64,000 nucleotides of DNA from Balanoglossus misakiensis (taxonomy: Eukaryota; Animalia; Hemichordata). The position numbers were made by a program, and so were the translations under genes. Under the pieces are notes generated by a model. That model was not told the DNA's origin and ran no database searches. It was given only the letters and a program-made list of their open reading frames with translations. Of this stretch, positions 1 to 12,839 are shown piece after piece; the stretch's first letter is position 1; every line of letters starts with the position of its first letter. Where the stretch lies: NCBI GenBank assembly GCA_040954595.2, contig CM082586.2, forward strand, positions 12,183,337 through 12,247,336, written 5' to 3'.

Positions 1-1920
1 ATATGAATGGTCTATTGCAATAATCATTCCACTTTTTAAAAAAGGCCGCAAAAACGATGTTAATAATTATAGGGGAATCTCTCTTTTGAACACACTGGGT
101 AAAGTTTTCACTTCTGTTTGAAATCAGAGAATTACAAGGTGGGTAGAAGATACAAATCTTCTCTCAGATTGCCAGGCCGGTTTTCGAAAAAATCACTGTA
201 CAGTCGACAATCTATTTGTTCTTCATGCAATCATTCAGAAATATCTCGGCATCAGACGAGGAAAGCTTTATTGTATGTTCGTGGACTTTTCAAAAGCGTT
301 CGACACTATCAATCATTCTTTGTTGCTGTACAGATCACTTGGTGTTAATGACAAAATGTACACATTATTACAGTCCATGTATAGTGGTGTTAAAGCATGT
401 GTAAGAACAAACAATGTAACTTCAGCTTATTTTGATTGACCAAAGGGAGTAAGGCAAGGATGTATCCTCAGTCCAATCTTATTTGCACTTTTCATCGAAG
501 AACTCAATTCCATGTTGATGTCTGCCGGGCGTACAGGAATTCAACTGACACAAGATATTTATGATCTGTTTGCGCTTTTATATGCAGATGATGTAGTAAT
601 TTTTGCAGATTTGATTGCCAACCTGCAACACCTTATCAATATTCTGCAGGAGTTCTGTAAACATTGGCAGATGAAAGTGAATTTAGACAAAACAAAAATT
701 GTTATCTTTCGTAAGGGTGGTAGAAAGTCATCTAGAGAGGCATGGTACTTTGATAATACTGTAATCGAAGTAGTTTCTTATTACAAATATCTTGGGCTGT
801 TACTATCATCTACGAATGTATGGTCGAAAGCTGTCTCGACTCTTGCTTGCCAAGCAAACAAAGCAATGAACGTGCTGTTAACTGCTACTAGAAAAATTGA
901 TAGCTTTACGCTTAAGGTTCATTTCAAGGTTTTTGATGCGATGATTGTACCGATCTTGACTTACGGTGCCGAAATATGGGGTTTCCAATACTATGACTGT
1001 ATTGAAAAGATTCAGAGAAAATGGTGCAGACGACTACTGACAGTCTCAAATAATGCCCCTAATGAGGCAGTAGTGGGAGAATGTGGTCGTCTACCTTTAT
1101 TATCAAAGACCCTACGGAAATGTATTGGCTACTGGTTAAAGCTTATTGAGATGCCAACAAATAGACTCCCAAGACATGCGTACAAAATGTTAAGAAATCT
1201 CGATAACTTAGGGAGGCATACATGGGTCTCTTCAATCAAACATATTCTTTATTCACATGGGTTTGGTTATGCCTGGATTGCTCATGAGGTGGGCAACAAA
1301 GATATTTTTCTCAGCTATTTTCACTCTAGGGTTATTGATATATGTAAACAACAATAGTTAATTAATGCAACAAACAAACCTAAGTTACGCACATACTGTA
1401 CATTCAAAAGTATTCTTGAACCTGAAAGGTATTTAACTTTGAACTGTAATGTAAAATTTATACAGGTTCTTGCTCGCTTCAGATGTTCGTCTCTCCCTCT
1501 AGCGATAGAGGAGGGGCGTCATCGGGGAGTTGACCCAAACCATAGGTTTTGTAAGTTATGTAACTCTGGTGATATTGAGGACGAGTACCATTTTTTGTTA
1601 ATTTGTTCTCTTTATATCAGCATCAGAATCAAATATTTACCACGAAGTGCTTTCCTTGACCCAAACTACTACAAATTCAAAAGGCTTATGAGCTCCACAG
1701 ATTCACAGGTACTACTGAACATTTGCCACTATGTCTATAAAGCTATGGCTGTGAGAACAGCCACCTGTCCTGCATAGAGTGTATTACATTGTTTAACTTT
1801 CTCTGTAATTCTGAAATTAGCACTCAATCTGTATTTGTGCGATGGTTCACTTTATTTGAGAACGGGATGTTCTCCATGCATTTGGACCCGAGGTCTTGAA
1901 ACGCAATAAATTATTATTAT
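1..1920 (+). mobile_element. Degenerate non-LTR retrotransposon (LINE), RT and C-terminal part of ORF2; RTEX-like
   Basis: The frame from nt 2 reads W..AIIIPLFKKG..NNYRGISLL, QAGFR and FVDFSKAFD. Further on are KGVRQGCILSP, LLYADDVV, YKYLG and C-terminal RFCKLCNSGDIEDEYHFLLIC. Stops at 119, 437 and 1355 plus a frameshift near 335. Ends in AATAAA + (TTA)n tail at ~1905-1920. Begins upstream of the window. Confidence 0.93.
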
Positions 1921-4320
1921 ATATCATTTTGATATCAAAAGTACACTAGTCAAAAATGTTAGATGTACAGGAATAAGTTTATTATTACTGTACACCATGA
2001 AGTATGCCTGTAAACATTAATACTGCAGTGACTTATGCATGCTTCTCACTATTTTGGTATTGGCCCAGTATTCTTTAAAATCACCAGGAATGATGTTTTG
2101 AACATTTTTTTATTAGTATGATAGTTAAGTTTTTTGTTATCATTTTAAATTCTATTCTCAGATGCTGTGGAAACTCAGTAAAAAAATGAATAGGTGACCA
2201 GAACTCCAGAAGAGTCTATATGGTAATAACAAAAGTAGAAGCTATCTGAAAGGTGACTTGAGAAAGGTAAGTTTGCAGCTACAATCTCCACTTATAAACT
2301 AAGACCATGGGGAAATGTACCATACTAAAATAGCAGAATCCGTGGACTTTTGCATGCATCCTGTGCCGTATACCGGTACAGACGGTATTTTCATGAGTGA
2401 TGCAGTGTATTCTGTGCCAGTCATGATTTCACTTGTTCATTAGTGAAAATAACCTCAGTACAGCACAGATCACACAGAGAGAGTTCTGCTATTATTGCAT
2501 ATGTTCCCTCAGATTTCACAAAAATTAATGTGCAAGAATCTATCATATACACCTGACTCTATTCAATAAAAAAAAATTTGTGAGTGTGTTGATAATTTTC
2601 ACACATTTGAGTGTTTTAAAGAATAATAGACAGTAATGAAATATTTTTACAGCTGCAAGCTGGCATGGCACATGTGAAGCATCCATAGAGGAGGAAACAG
2701 CCAACAATGACATGGACAGGTAATGTCACAACTCCATTGAGTCACAAGGTTGAACACGCAGTGTTTTACAATGCTGTCCATTTATCACTTTCACTTTAAA
2801 CAGCTACTGTAAACTTATTAAAACCATGGTTTATGTGATCAATCTGTGATATGTCTGCAGATACAGTTTTTAAATTTGTTACATTCCGACGTTTAAGTGT
2901 TGTTGTTTTTTCCTGATTGTGTACATGTTGTTACTTTCGTAACTTTAGACTGATTGCAACAACAGATGTCAGGCCAAGAGAGTTCAAAGCAGTGCAAGCA
3001 GAAAATGGTATTGTAAACAGAGGTGCTTTTCTGAGCTATACAATGTCTTCCAGAGAGGTAATGCAATTGCATAACAATTAATGGAAAATGATATGGGTGC
3101 ACTATATGTTCTGACATTTCTATTTCATCAATATTATGGTCAGAGATCAACATCCCTCATGCAGGCTAAATATGATAATATAAGGTTATTCACTAATTAT
3201 ATTATATCATGCTACCGTCCACAATTCTGATTGGACGAGAGCTCAATCCAGCGATGATAAAATACTCAATAATGCACTGCTAAAACGGTGACCTTTGACC
3301 TAATCCAAGTAATATGTTGTAAAAAATGTGATATTTGCATAAATGTGTTATCTGGGAAACTTTTGCAATTTTTGTTAAAAATTGTTTTCGCTGAAACCGC
3401 TTGTCATATTGCATTGAACTTTGGCAGGCATGTTCCATGTAGAGATTGAAGTAAGATATTGTACAATTTGGTGATATTTTCATATTTGTGTTTTTGCCAC
3501 TTTTGAACAAATATTTTCTGTGAAACTGCTTGTTGGATTGCTTTAAAATTGTTTTTTTCTCTGATTGCTTTGAAATTTAAGATATAATTACATAACACAT
3601 ACATGTATATGTGCAACTTTTATTCAATTCTGATATCAGAAATATTCAATATTTAGCCAATTTTTTTGTAAGTTTCTTTGTTTTTGGTTAGCAAATCTTC
3701 TCCTAAATTGTCCAGTTGTTTTGAAAGTTACTGTTTACAAGGAGTTGTTACCCCCAACTTAGAAATGTTTACATAACTTTAATAGGCCAGCTGTTACAGA
3801 GACCACCGGCTATTAAATTTTAATTACCAGTGGCAGGTCAGTGTGTGTCTGTCTGTCTGTTCCAGGGCTGACTGAAAGAAGTTGCTTCTCATATGTGTTT
3901 GTACAGACAATTTTTGGTCAATTTTTTTTCTAGCACCACTTGTAAGACTGCCATGACACATGACAGTTTTTTGGGCATGTTCTTTGATAATTTTTTTACA
4001 TTCCATATTTCTATATCGTAAGATCATATCTGCTTGCAATGTCACCTTTAATTTTTATTCTGGTGTGTCACTGTTTCCGCATAATCCTCAAATGGGACCA
4101 CAGTGTCCTTGATGCTATTTTTTTTTTCATTTTGTGGAGGGGTAAACACAAGTCCTTTCAAAGATAATGCGCTGAATCAATGGCACTGTCTTTGGTGAAA
4201 TGGAAACAGCCACTCGTTTTGTAAATACTACATGTAATGCAAGGCTCCAGATCATGCAACACTAAAACATTGGTCAAGTAACTTAAAGTTATGAATATCA
4301 TTCTTTTTTTTAAAAAACAG

Positions 4321-6727
4321 GGAGAAACCAATTTGAAATACATTTGGTATCTCTTGCAAAAACAGGACATGACAACGCCTAGTTTGTATCAGGTGAAACA
4401 GCATCTAGCTGACCTACCTGGAAAACTGGAACCAAATTTGGTATGCATAAACCATAATAATCTTTTGTCTAGATATGCATTGCAATTTCCAGTTATGTTT
4501 AATTAATGCATGTAAATGTATATATTGTCGTGCTGTGAAACTGTTTTGCATGGGGGTAATTTACTTGTTATTCAAAAATATGCAGAACATTGACCATGTC
4601 AAATTTCCCCAAAATCTCACTGTTTATATAATAATAATGTTATTAATTGTCATTACAGTTTGTAGATGCCAAGGGACAGGAATACTATTCTTTGTCCATG
4701 ATCGACACTATCAGAAGCAGGATAGCAACACCAAGTACATCTGGGCGTCTATCTCATTACCCCAGAAAACAAACTAATAATGTCATAAGGTATGTTGAGA
4801 GTTACATAAATTCATTGGTAATGTCACCATGGTAATGTGCTTAAACTAAACTTAGAAATTTGTCATGATACCAAATCAGCACACAGATACATGTAGCGTA
4901 GATTTCTGAATGAACATGTCCTCATTGCATTGCATCGCATTGCATTGAGTCACCGACATCATTTATGGCTGTAATGTCAAACAGGCTAACTCAACAAACC
5001 ATACACGAGAAGATGTACACATTCGATAGTAAATATTTATTTGGTTCCTGCAGAATTCTACCTATAACACTGTGGGAACCAAGTGTAACTGATTTTAAAT
5101 GTATTTTGAAATAGGGAAATGTACGAAGCAAAGAAGTGGCATCTTCACCACAGATATCAAACACCAATGGTTGAGGTAAATGATGAGGTTTTTTACCTGA
5201 AAGACTTTTTATGGATTGACAAAAATGGGACACAGCTGCTTGGGTACATCTCATCAATATATGTTGACGTAAAATAGTACTGTTTTTGTTTTTTTCCAAT
5301 ATCATTTTTCTCAAGTCATCTGTTTTGGGTTGTTAGTATTGACTCGTTCATCAAATTTTTGTCTCACCAACATGTTATCACTTGTCATTTAATTTGTTTC
5401 AGATGACACCTGAAGATTGTGAAGGTGAAAAGCCAGGTATTTTTGTGAAGGTCATTGTTTGTAACATACGTGATCAAAAAGTATGTCATACAGACAAGAT
5501 CCTAGCTATCCATAGTAATCAACTGAGGGGCCACTATAAAAGGTGATGTGAACAGCAAAACAGTTGGATGGAAGATAGATTCAGAGAATGGATTAAAGAG
5601 ACTCTCCCATGAGGTATTTACAAATTCTACATTGTCATGGTTATCTGGTGGCCATGCATTTATTAAAAAGGAAGTGTAACGTTGGCTATTTTATCCCTGT
5701 CTTATATGATTGTAGACACTTGACTCCTTCCATCAGCATCAGGTGATAAGGTACATACCTATCAGTAAGCTTATAAAGATGGCCCAATTCAAGTTGGAAA
5801 ATAAAATCATGAAAATAATGCAAAAAGTGGCAGCTCTAGAGGCTTTAACTAAAATTAAACAAATCATGTCAATGGTAATGTTATCATGATTTATGTTATT
5901 ATGCGATCACATATACATAAATATAAAATTGTTATTTCTGTTACAGTTTGTCAAGTCTTTGGTGTATGGACATCCAGAGTGTAATTACTGTACCAATACA
6001 ATGTAGTTCTCTTCTCTGATGACGTTGGTAGCAGCAGTACCAAGAAGTGGAGTCCATTAAGTGTGTGGTGTTTGATGCTGGGAGGGCTACCAAAGGAGGA
6101 CAACAACAAACTTGAGAACATTTCTTTTGTAAATGCTTCTGCAAGAGTAGATGCCTTGGAGCTGAGCAAACCTCTCGTAGCCGAGTTGAAAGTGTTAGAG
6201 TCCGAGGGGGTTGTAATGTTTGACGCCAACCTCAATAAGGAAGTTTTAGTGGTGTCCCCTCTTTTCTTAGTAAAAGCAGACAATGTTTGGCAGTCGGAGA
6301 TTGTTAATCACACCGGTGCTGCATCAGCGAAATTCTGTCAATGCTGTACTGTAAGTAAATAGTGTTATTCTAGCAGTGGTACAATATGACATGCCAATAC
6401 CCACAACACATAAAATCACTCTTTGGGTATTAAAGTCAAGGTGTATTGCCGTCTAGAATCTCATAGCCACATTTATGGTTTGATAATTTGTAAGCAAAAG
6501 TGGCGGGCCTTTACACCAAAGCCAGTCCAGTCGACTTTTTCGTCTTTCCGAGGTTTATCCTGCAAGTACTGTTATATGCTGGTGTAACAATTTCCCATGG
6601 ATTAATTGGGAAATCATCATTATTATTTACAGGTTTCCAGAAATGAGCCATTTGAGAAAGGTGCTCATCGGACCAAGGACTCCACACAGACAATCATCCG
6701 CGAAATAGAATCTGCTGGCACTGATGG
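4321..6727 (+). pseudogene. Decayed spliced DDE transposase gene, CACTA/EnSpm-related (LFSDD..S.KKW type)
   Basis: AG/GT-bounded exons 4321-4440, 4659-4789, 5403-5613, 5716-5750, 5947-6350 and 6633-6727 (possible upstream exons 2162-2266, 2654-2718, 2967-3057). They translate to ..LSHYP.., VITVP/VVLFSDDVGSSSTKKWSPLSVWCLMLGGLP, ENISFV, EGVVMFDA, KADN..QSEIVNHTG....FCQCC and G..RT...T. Frameshifts near 5535 and 5995; no 3' exons found. Confidence 0.7.
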
Positions 6728-7036
6728 GTGAGTTTTGTTAATTTTATTCAAGCTTTGAATGTGGAGTAATTGTCTGTTGAGCATTGTGGAACATGCACGT
6801 TTGTCTTGTAAAATCCTGACCATATTAATCCACGTACCTTTTGTATGTAGAAAATGTACAAAATTTTACAGAAAGGGAGTGTCAATTTATCCGTGATGAA
6901 ACTTTTGCACCATGAACAGAAACACAAACAGTTTCTCTATTAATGTCCATGACAAGTCACAGATGCCAACACGGCACCGGGTACAAAGTTCAACCCCTGT
7001 TAATGGTTTTAAGTGGCGATGTGTAAACTAATTTAA

Positions 7037-8100
7037 GGGACCGTTCAGTTTTTACGGCCAGGGGGGGGGGGGGGGGCAAAATCCAGGGGGGGGTCACTTA
7101 AATTTTGAAGTCCAAAAGGGGGGGGGGGGTCATCTGTTATTTTTAAATGTTCAGGGGGGGGGGTCACAAACTTTTGCCACCGAACTTTTGCTTTTGAGTC
7201 CACAAAATTGCAGTTTCGCGCCCTTTATTTTACAAAAAAAATTAACATGGGAGGGGGTGTCCCCCTCCACATTAGAACATTTTTGCTGGTTTGTCTAGTG
7301 TACCAGGGCAGAGTGCTTGCCACCCCAACCCCACTGATGATAATATTTAACAAAGTAATACATAAAAAAGAATAATCGTTTAAACCATTTCGCATAACTG
7401 ACAGTTTCGTGCTCCATCTTCTATATGCTGGAAGTTTTATAAATGATGTCATGATGAAGATGACGCCAAATCTTCTTACTTTGAGTGGAATGGCAAAAAG
7501 TAAAATTGGTCCTCCCAAATATTGAGATGAATTTGCTTTTGAGTTCATAAAAATGCAACTTTGAGCTACATATTTTACAAAATTTTCTTATGTGGGACTA
7601 TGTGTACCATGTCAGACTTATTCCCACCCACCCCTATTCTTACTTTGAGTGGAGTGGCAAAATCAAAATTTGTCCTGCCTAACATTGAGTTAGTTTGCTT
7701 TTGAGTTCATTAAAATGCAACTTTGAGCACCGTATTTTACAAAATTGTCTTATGTGGGAGGGCACACCCCCGCCACTTTTCTTGTTTTACCAATTCTAGC
7801 AAGTATTGTATTGACTTGTCATTTTATTTTGTTCATAGATTTCTTTATTGCAACGATATTATTATAAGAAATTTATAATTGAGGTGTGAGGAACCTCATT
7901 CCCTTTATTGCATACAGTGTACATAGGATCAGGATGGCAAATGTTTTCAGCGTAGGGGGGGTCATCATATTTTTGGGTCTGTCAAAGGGTGGGTCATCAT
8001 TTTTTGGTGCTGGGCGAAAGGGGGGGGGGGGGTCGGCCTGATTTTGAAAACCGATGACTCAAACTTGCCGACCCCCCAGCCATAAAAACTGAACGGTCCC
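7037..8100. mobile_element. PIF/Harbinger-type MITE
   Basis: TIR gggaccgttcagtttttacggc / gccataaaaactgaacggtccc, with TAA on both sides (7034-7036, 8101-8103). Confidence 0.85.
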
Positions 8101-8103
8101 TAA

Positions 8104-8525
8104 GTGGGCCGCCGCAAGCAGAAACACCCCTGATGCAAACTTGCTACATTTTGCGTAAAATGTATCAAAAGTCAACGTGACGCATTACGCTTACAAACGA
8201 CTACGTACGTAAATTTAATTGCACTGCTTGTGATTTATTAGAGTCCTGGCTTTTGGGGGGCAGATGGAGCGCATATGGAGTCTTACACAATACCTCATTA
8301 ATTATGCACATACCTAATTCTAGGTGAACCAATAGAGCTAGGGTTCTGGTTTTTGTTGGACCTAGACTTGTATGGGGTCCGATTTTTTTGCCCAAATTTG
8401 GGGTGACCTCAAGTGACCTTTGACCTACTTTCCCATATCTTGGTATCCACAGCTGATACAGCCTTGGCATTTGCTGGTTACCATGGGAACCGCTTGTGCC
8501 CCGCCAACGCTGCTTGCAGCTTTAA
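8104..8525 (+). repeat. Single-core copy of the interspersed repeat also found at 17548-19160
   Basis: 8295-8475 matches the ~240-bp core unit at 18095-19100; both end in cgctgcttgcag. Confidence 0.6.
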
Positions 8526-10564
8526 TATTTTTTCTGCTATTTCCCTAGGGATTCATAGTCGATTCTATTTTCCTATCACGTGACCGATTCTGGCGAATCG
8601 CAACACAGTATTAGCATGAGGTATATTATAGTGTCATACATGAGAACGTGCACTTTTCTTCCTCTCTGGGGCTTGGGTCTGGAGGAAGTTAAAATCCGAA
8701 CACTCCATAGGGCCCTACGTTTCAAACAATTTACTCGGTCCAATCAGTTGACAAAATGTATCAATGTCGAAATGGAAATACTATTTTCAAAATACATTTT
8801 CCTAACGTGTTTCACCAAAGGGCGATACAGTGAATGTTTATCTAAAAACGGGAACGAGGTCGGATTTTGTTTCTTTGTGACGAGAGTGATGGTACACTTC
8901 AATGATTTGTTTTATCTGGCCGATTATCAGAAGACACGTCACCAAAAGAGGGCGCACTAAGAAGTCTATTCGGGAAAGCTGTGAAATAATGAACCTCCCC
9001 GCCCCCCCCCCCCCCAAAAAAAAATGTCCGTTCAATTGAATACAACGCAATACATACGAAACCCATCACCTTTTTGTTTTAAAGCAGTGGTGTGTTTACG
9101 CATGTACGTACATTCAATGACAATGGAGTTTGCAAGGAAAAAATGACAAAATAAGTCAAGTGTATTTATTTCTATATTTCTAGAAATTCATGAAAAACAT
9201 GTTGGTGATATTTACATAATAATAATCTTAGTCAAAGGCACGCAAGCACTGAACAATATGCTGTCTGCTCCATTAGCTCCAACTTTTCACTATGTTTTCA
9301 GTAATATTGCTCTGTGTATCTGCTGCGGTTTCTAGTATAAACTCCAGAAACATGACAAAATATCCAGAGTTTAGCTTATCAACACTACATGTATGTGCAT
9401 ATTCAGTATTATTATTGTGTAAAATTTAAATTCATGTCCGAACTAGAATTCATTTGTCAACAGTGATAACAATGGCCATTACACATACACAGGCAATGTT
9501 AATGATTGGAGTATTTGGTACTACATGTATATTAAAGTGATGTTTGGAGTAAAACAAGAAATTGCAATTTTTACACAGAATTAAAATACTGAAAATAAAG
9601 CTAAATGTTACAGATTTTCATCCAGTGGAATGCTCCTGCATGTAAAAGTTGCTTTGCCGGCGAAAAGTCGAGTGGGTGCGTAGTGAGGGCTTTTGTTATG
9701 TATTTTATTGTCCTGATGAAATGCGCCAGGACATAGACTGAGCTAATATTTATTATCGGATGATTTTGTCTAATATTTATTTTCGGATAATATTGTCTAA
9801 GTTGTCTAATATGGGGGTCACACACACCATTAAGACGGTTCTGAAACGTCTCAGATCACATACTGTCTTAAAAAAAACATGTGTGGACGGTGTATAGTGG
9901 TTCTGAAACAGCTTAGATTTGAGACAGCTTTGCCCGTCAGACCTGATCCGGTGTAAGGATTAAAACCTCTCTGCAATCCATTGTCTTTGGGACTGAGCCT
10001 CAGCGCCTATACACAAACTTTGTGTGTGTGAACACAAGGCGACTCAAACGATTAATGCTCTGTGTTTACCATAGGCAAATAGCGTCTCAATTTTGTTCGT
10101 GTATGAACCTGGTAAAAGGTAGAGCGTGTCAGAAGCATGAAACATGTGTAATTACACTATGTGTGGCGCTTTGGAAGGCATATCATATGCATTGTTGTAT
10201 GCCAGCAGTGACATGGTAAAGGATTTGAACAACCAAAAATAACTTTACAAGAGCACTACGCAGTCTTGGAAGGCTGTTTCTGATTGGTAAGGGAGCATTC
10301 GTTTTTTACAGGGAGGGGGGGCGGTGGAAATCAGGGGGGGGTTTACTTTTACAAAGCAGTTTTTAGGGGGGGACAAATTTTATAATCAATGGTTTGGGGG
10401 GGTCAATTTTTACAACAGATTTGTATGGAATTATAGCAAAAAACAACAGAATTGACGGTAAAGTGTATAAAATAGAATACGAACATTCTGTGTGATCAGG
10501 TGACAACAAGTACACTTTTGATCACAAAAATAACATTTTCAGGCTGTATCATGGCAATATACAG

Positions 10565-11754
10565 AAACAGTGAACTATGTGAGCTGAAAGTTTCTGACCT
10601 AGACATGTACATGAACTGACATAAATTCACAGCAGAGAAAAAGATGCTGAAAAAAGACAAACTGAAAATAGTTGAAGCGCACATTGGCCGGAAACTGTGT
10701 CAAACAACTCTGGAAAGTCTCAGAGTAAACCATGAGAGGGACAAAGAGGAGGATGAGCAGGAGGATGAAGAGGATGACTTGGACGAGGACAGTGAACCAG
10801 AAGATGAACATGTAGTGATAGGTGAACTAGGTGATTCAGAGGAAAGTGACTCAGAAAGTGATAGCGGCGACATTGAAAATGAACTCTTTCACATAAGGCT
10901 GCATTCACAAACACCTCTGGAGGGGGGGGGGGCAGGAGAATTGAGGGGGGGATTTGAAAAAATTGAGGGTATGTAAGGGGGGATTTGAAATAATTTAGGG
11001 ACTGAAAGGGGGGGACTTGAAAACTTTGACGACTAAATATTTATTTTGAGTCCACAAAAATGCAGTTTCGCGCCCTTTATTTTACAAAATTTTCTAATGT
11101 GGGAGGGGGACACCCCCTCCCACACCCACCCCCTCCATTCATCAGCACCTTTCAATCATTGACTGGTTTATCTAGTGTCCCAGGTCAGGGGATTTGCCCC
11201 CACCCCATGATAACTTTGAGCGGCGACGGTTAAATTTGTCCTCCCCAACATACCGGTAGTTGAGTTAATTTGCTTTTGCCGGGTTCATTAAAATGCAGCT
11301 TTGAGCTCTGTATTTTATAAAATTTTCTTACGTGGGAGGGGGATACCCCCTCCCAATCCCACTCCCTTCAATTCTCGGTTTACAATGTCTCCCAACACAG
11401 AATACAAATACTTAAAAAAAAAAAACAATGTTCATTGAGGGGGTACATCAGTTTCAAATTCTCTTCATGGGAGCGCTGTTTTTTTCTTTTTTTACAAGAT
11501 AGATAGGTGATGTGTTTTGCTCTGTGAAAGAAAATGGGTGGGGGGATTTCAAAATTTTGGCAGTTCGGAAGGGGGGGGGATTTGAAAATATTTCGGGTTG
11601 TGTACGGGGGGCATGTGAAAATTAGCGGTAAAAAAAATTGGATTCTCCCGTCCCCCCCCCCCCCCTCTCCAGAGGCGTTTGTGAATGCGGCCTAACAAGA
11701 TCAGGCAGACAATGCACTACTTGGAAATCAAGGAACTATGTAGAACTATGTTGA
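10565..11754 (+). pseudogene. 3'-terminal coding fragment (SAP-like helix pair, acidic tract, TRSGR motif), interrupted by the nested MITE
   Basis: ELCELKVSDLDMYMN*HKF / LKKDKLKIVEAHIGRK, then a D/E-rich tract. Removing 10897-11695 joins ELFHI to TRSGRQCTTWKSRNYVELC*. Confidence 0.5.
10897..11692. mobile_element. Nested PIF/Harbinger-type MITE
   Basis: TIR ggctgcattcacaaacacctctggag / ctccagaggcgtttgtgaatgcggcc with TAA TSD; its 3' part recurs at 58168-58396. Confidence 0.88.
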
Positions 11755-12294
11755 TTATGTGGTATGTCGAACATACACCAATATCTGACAAAGTTTGATA
11801 AGTTTAATCCGGTGGATAAACTTTTTTTTTTTGGGGGGGGTCACATTTTACAATTGAAGAATTTAGGGGGGACACATTTTAGAAAAGTAATTTCGAGGGG
11901 GGTTGCCTTTTACATTTAGTCGGCGACTCAAATTCCACCGGCCCCCCCTCCCTGTAAAAAATGAATGCTCCCTAGGATTTGAGACAGCTCAATCTGCATG
12001 TTATCAACAACTATATCCTGTTGTTATATCCAGGATTGTTGTTGCTACCCCTATTTATATCCCTATAAATAGGGGTAGCCAAATGGCTGCGTTCATTGTG
12101 TAATTGACTCTGAAGGAGGCAACACGCGGACACACGCTCCCGAGAATGCATGGTTTTCGACCACAAAATCCTTCACAATGCATACAAATTCCACCATGAA
12201 TATGTATCCTACCGATTTATGGCGTAAATTCCCCAGAGAGACGAAAATCAGGGGCGATTTTCAGCATTTCTTGGCGTCGACGGTAACCGCTTAA

Positions 12295-12599
12295 AGCCCC
12301 CAGAGCTGCCAAATTTCATGGATTTTCTTCCACAGTAAAACACTTCAAATATATTCCCTATCCTCTAAAATCCTCACCATTAAGCCATATTACTTGCATT
12401 TGCATCAGTTTGTCATCTCTTGGTGATGCATACCACGATAGCTGCGTACTGTTTGTATGGAGGCTGATTAAACCGTTTTAATACATAGCATTTTCAAATC
12501 GCTACATACAGCCATAATCGGGCATCAGTAAAGTGTTCACATATACCTCAGTAAAATAAAATTGTGAAAATAATGCAAAATGTGGCAGCTATAGAGGCT
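12295..12599. mobile_element. Kolobok-like MITE (TTAA target, AG..CT ends)
   Basis: ttaa|agcccccagagctgccaaattt ... aaatgtggcagctatagaggct|ttat. An inverted family copy lies at 28533-28871 and an isolated end at ~5810-5848. Confidence 0.75.
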
Positions 12600-12839
12600 T
12601 TATTGTATTTCCCCATGTTTTAGGTCTCCATTTTGATTCACAATTTCATGTCAACAAGTTCACATTCTACCACCACATCACATCTACACATCAACTATCA
12701 CTGTGATAGAAGCTACCATTTTCAAGTTAAAGATATACAGTCACCGCAAATTTACATACACCCATATATGGCTGAAATAGATTATTTGCGGGTTCTAAAT
12801 AACATATGGCGGCGCTCTTTTTTTTCGCATGTGCCGCCC

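Larger units (their letters stand above)
10291..11972. mobile_element. PIF/Harbinger-type non-autonomous element carrying a coding fragment and a nested MITE
   Basis: TIR gggagcattcgttttttacagggaggggg..ggtggaa / ttccaccgg.cccccctccctgtaaaaaatgaatgctccc; flanks TAA (left) and TAG (right). Confidence 0.8.
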
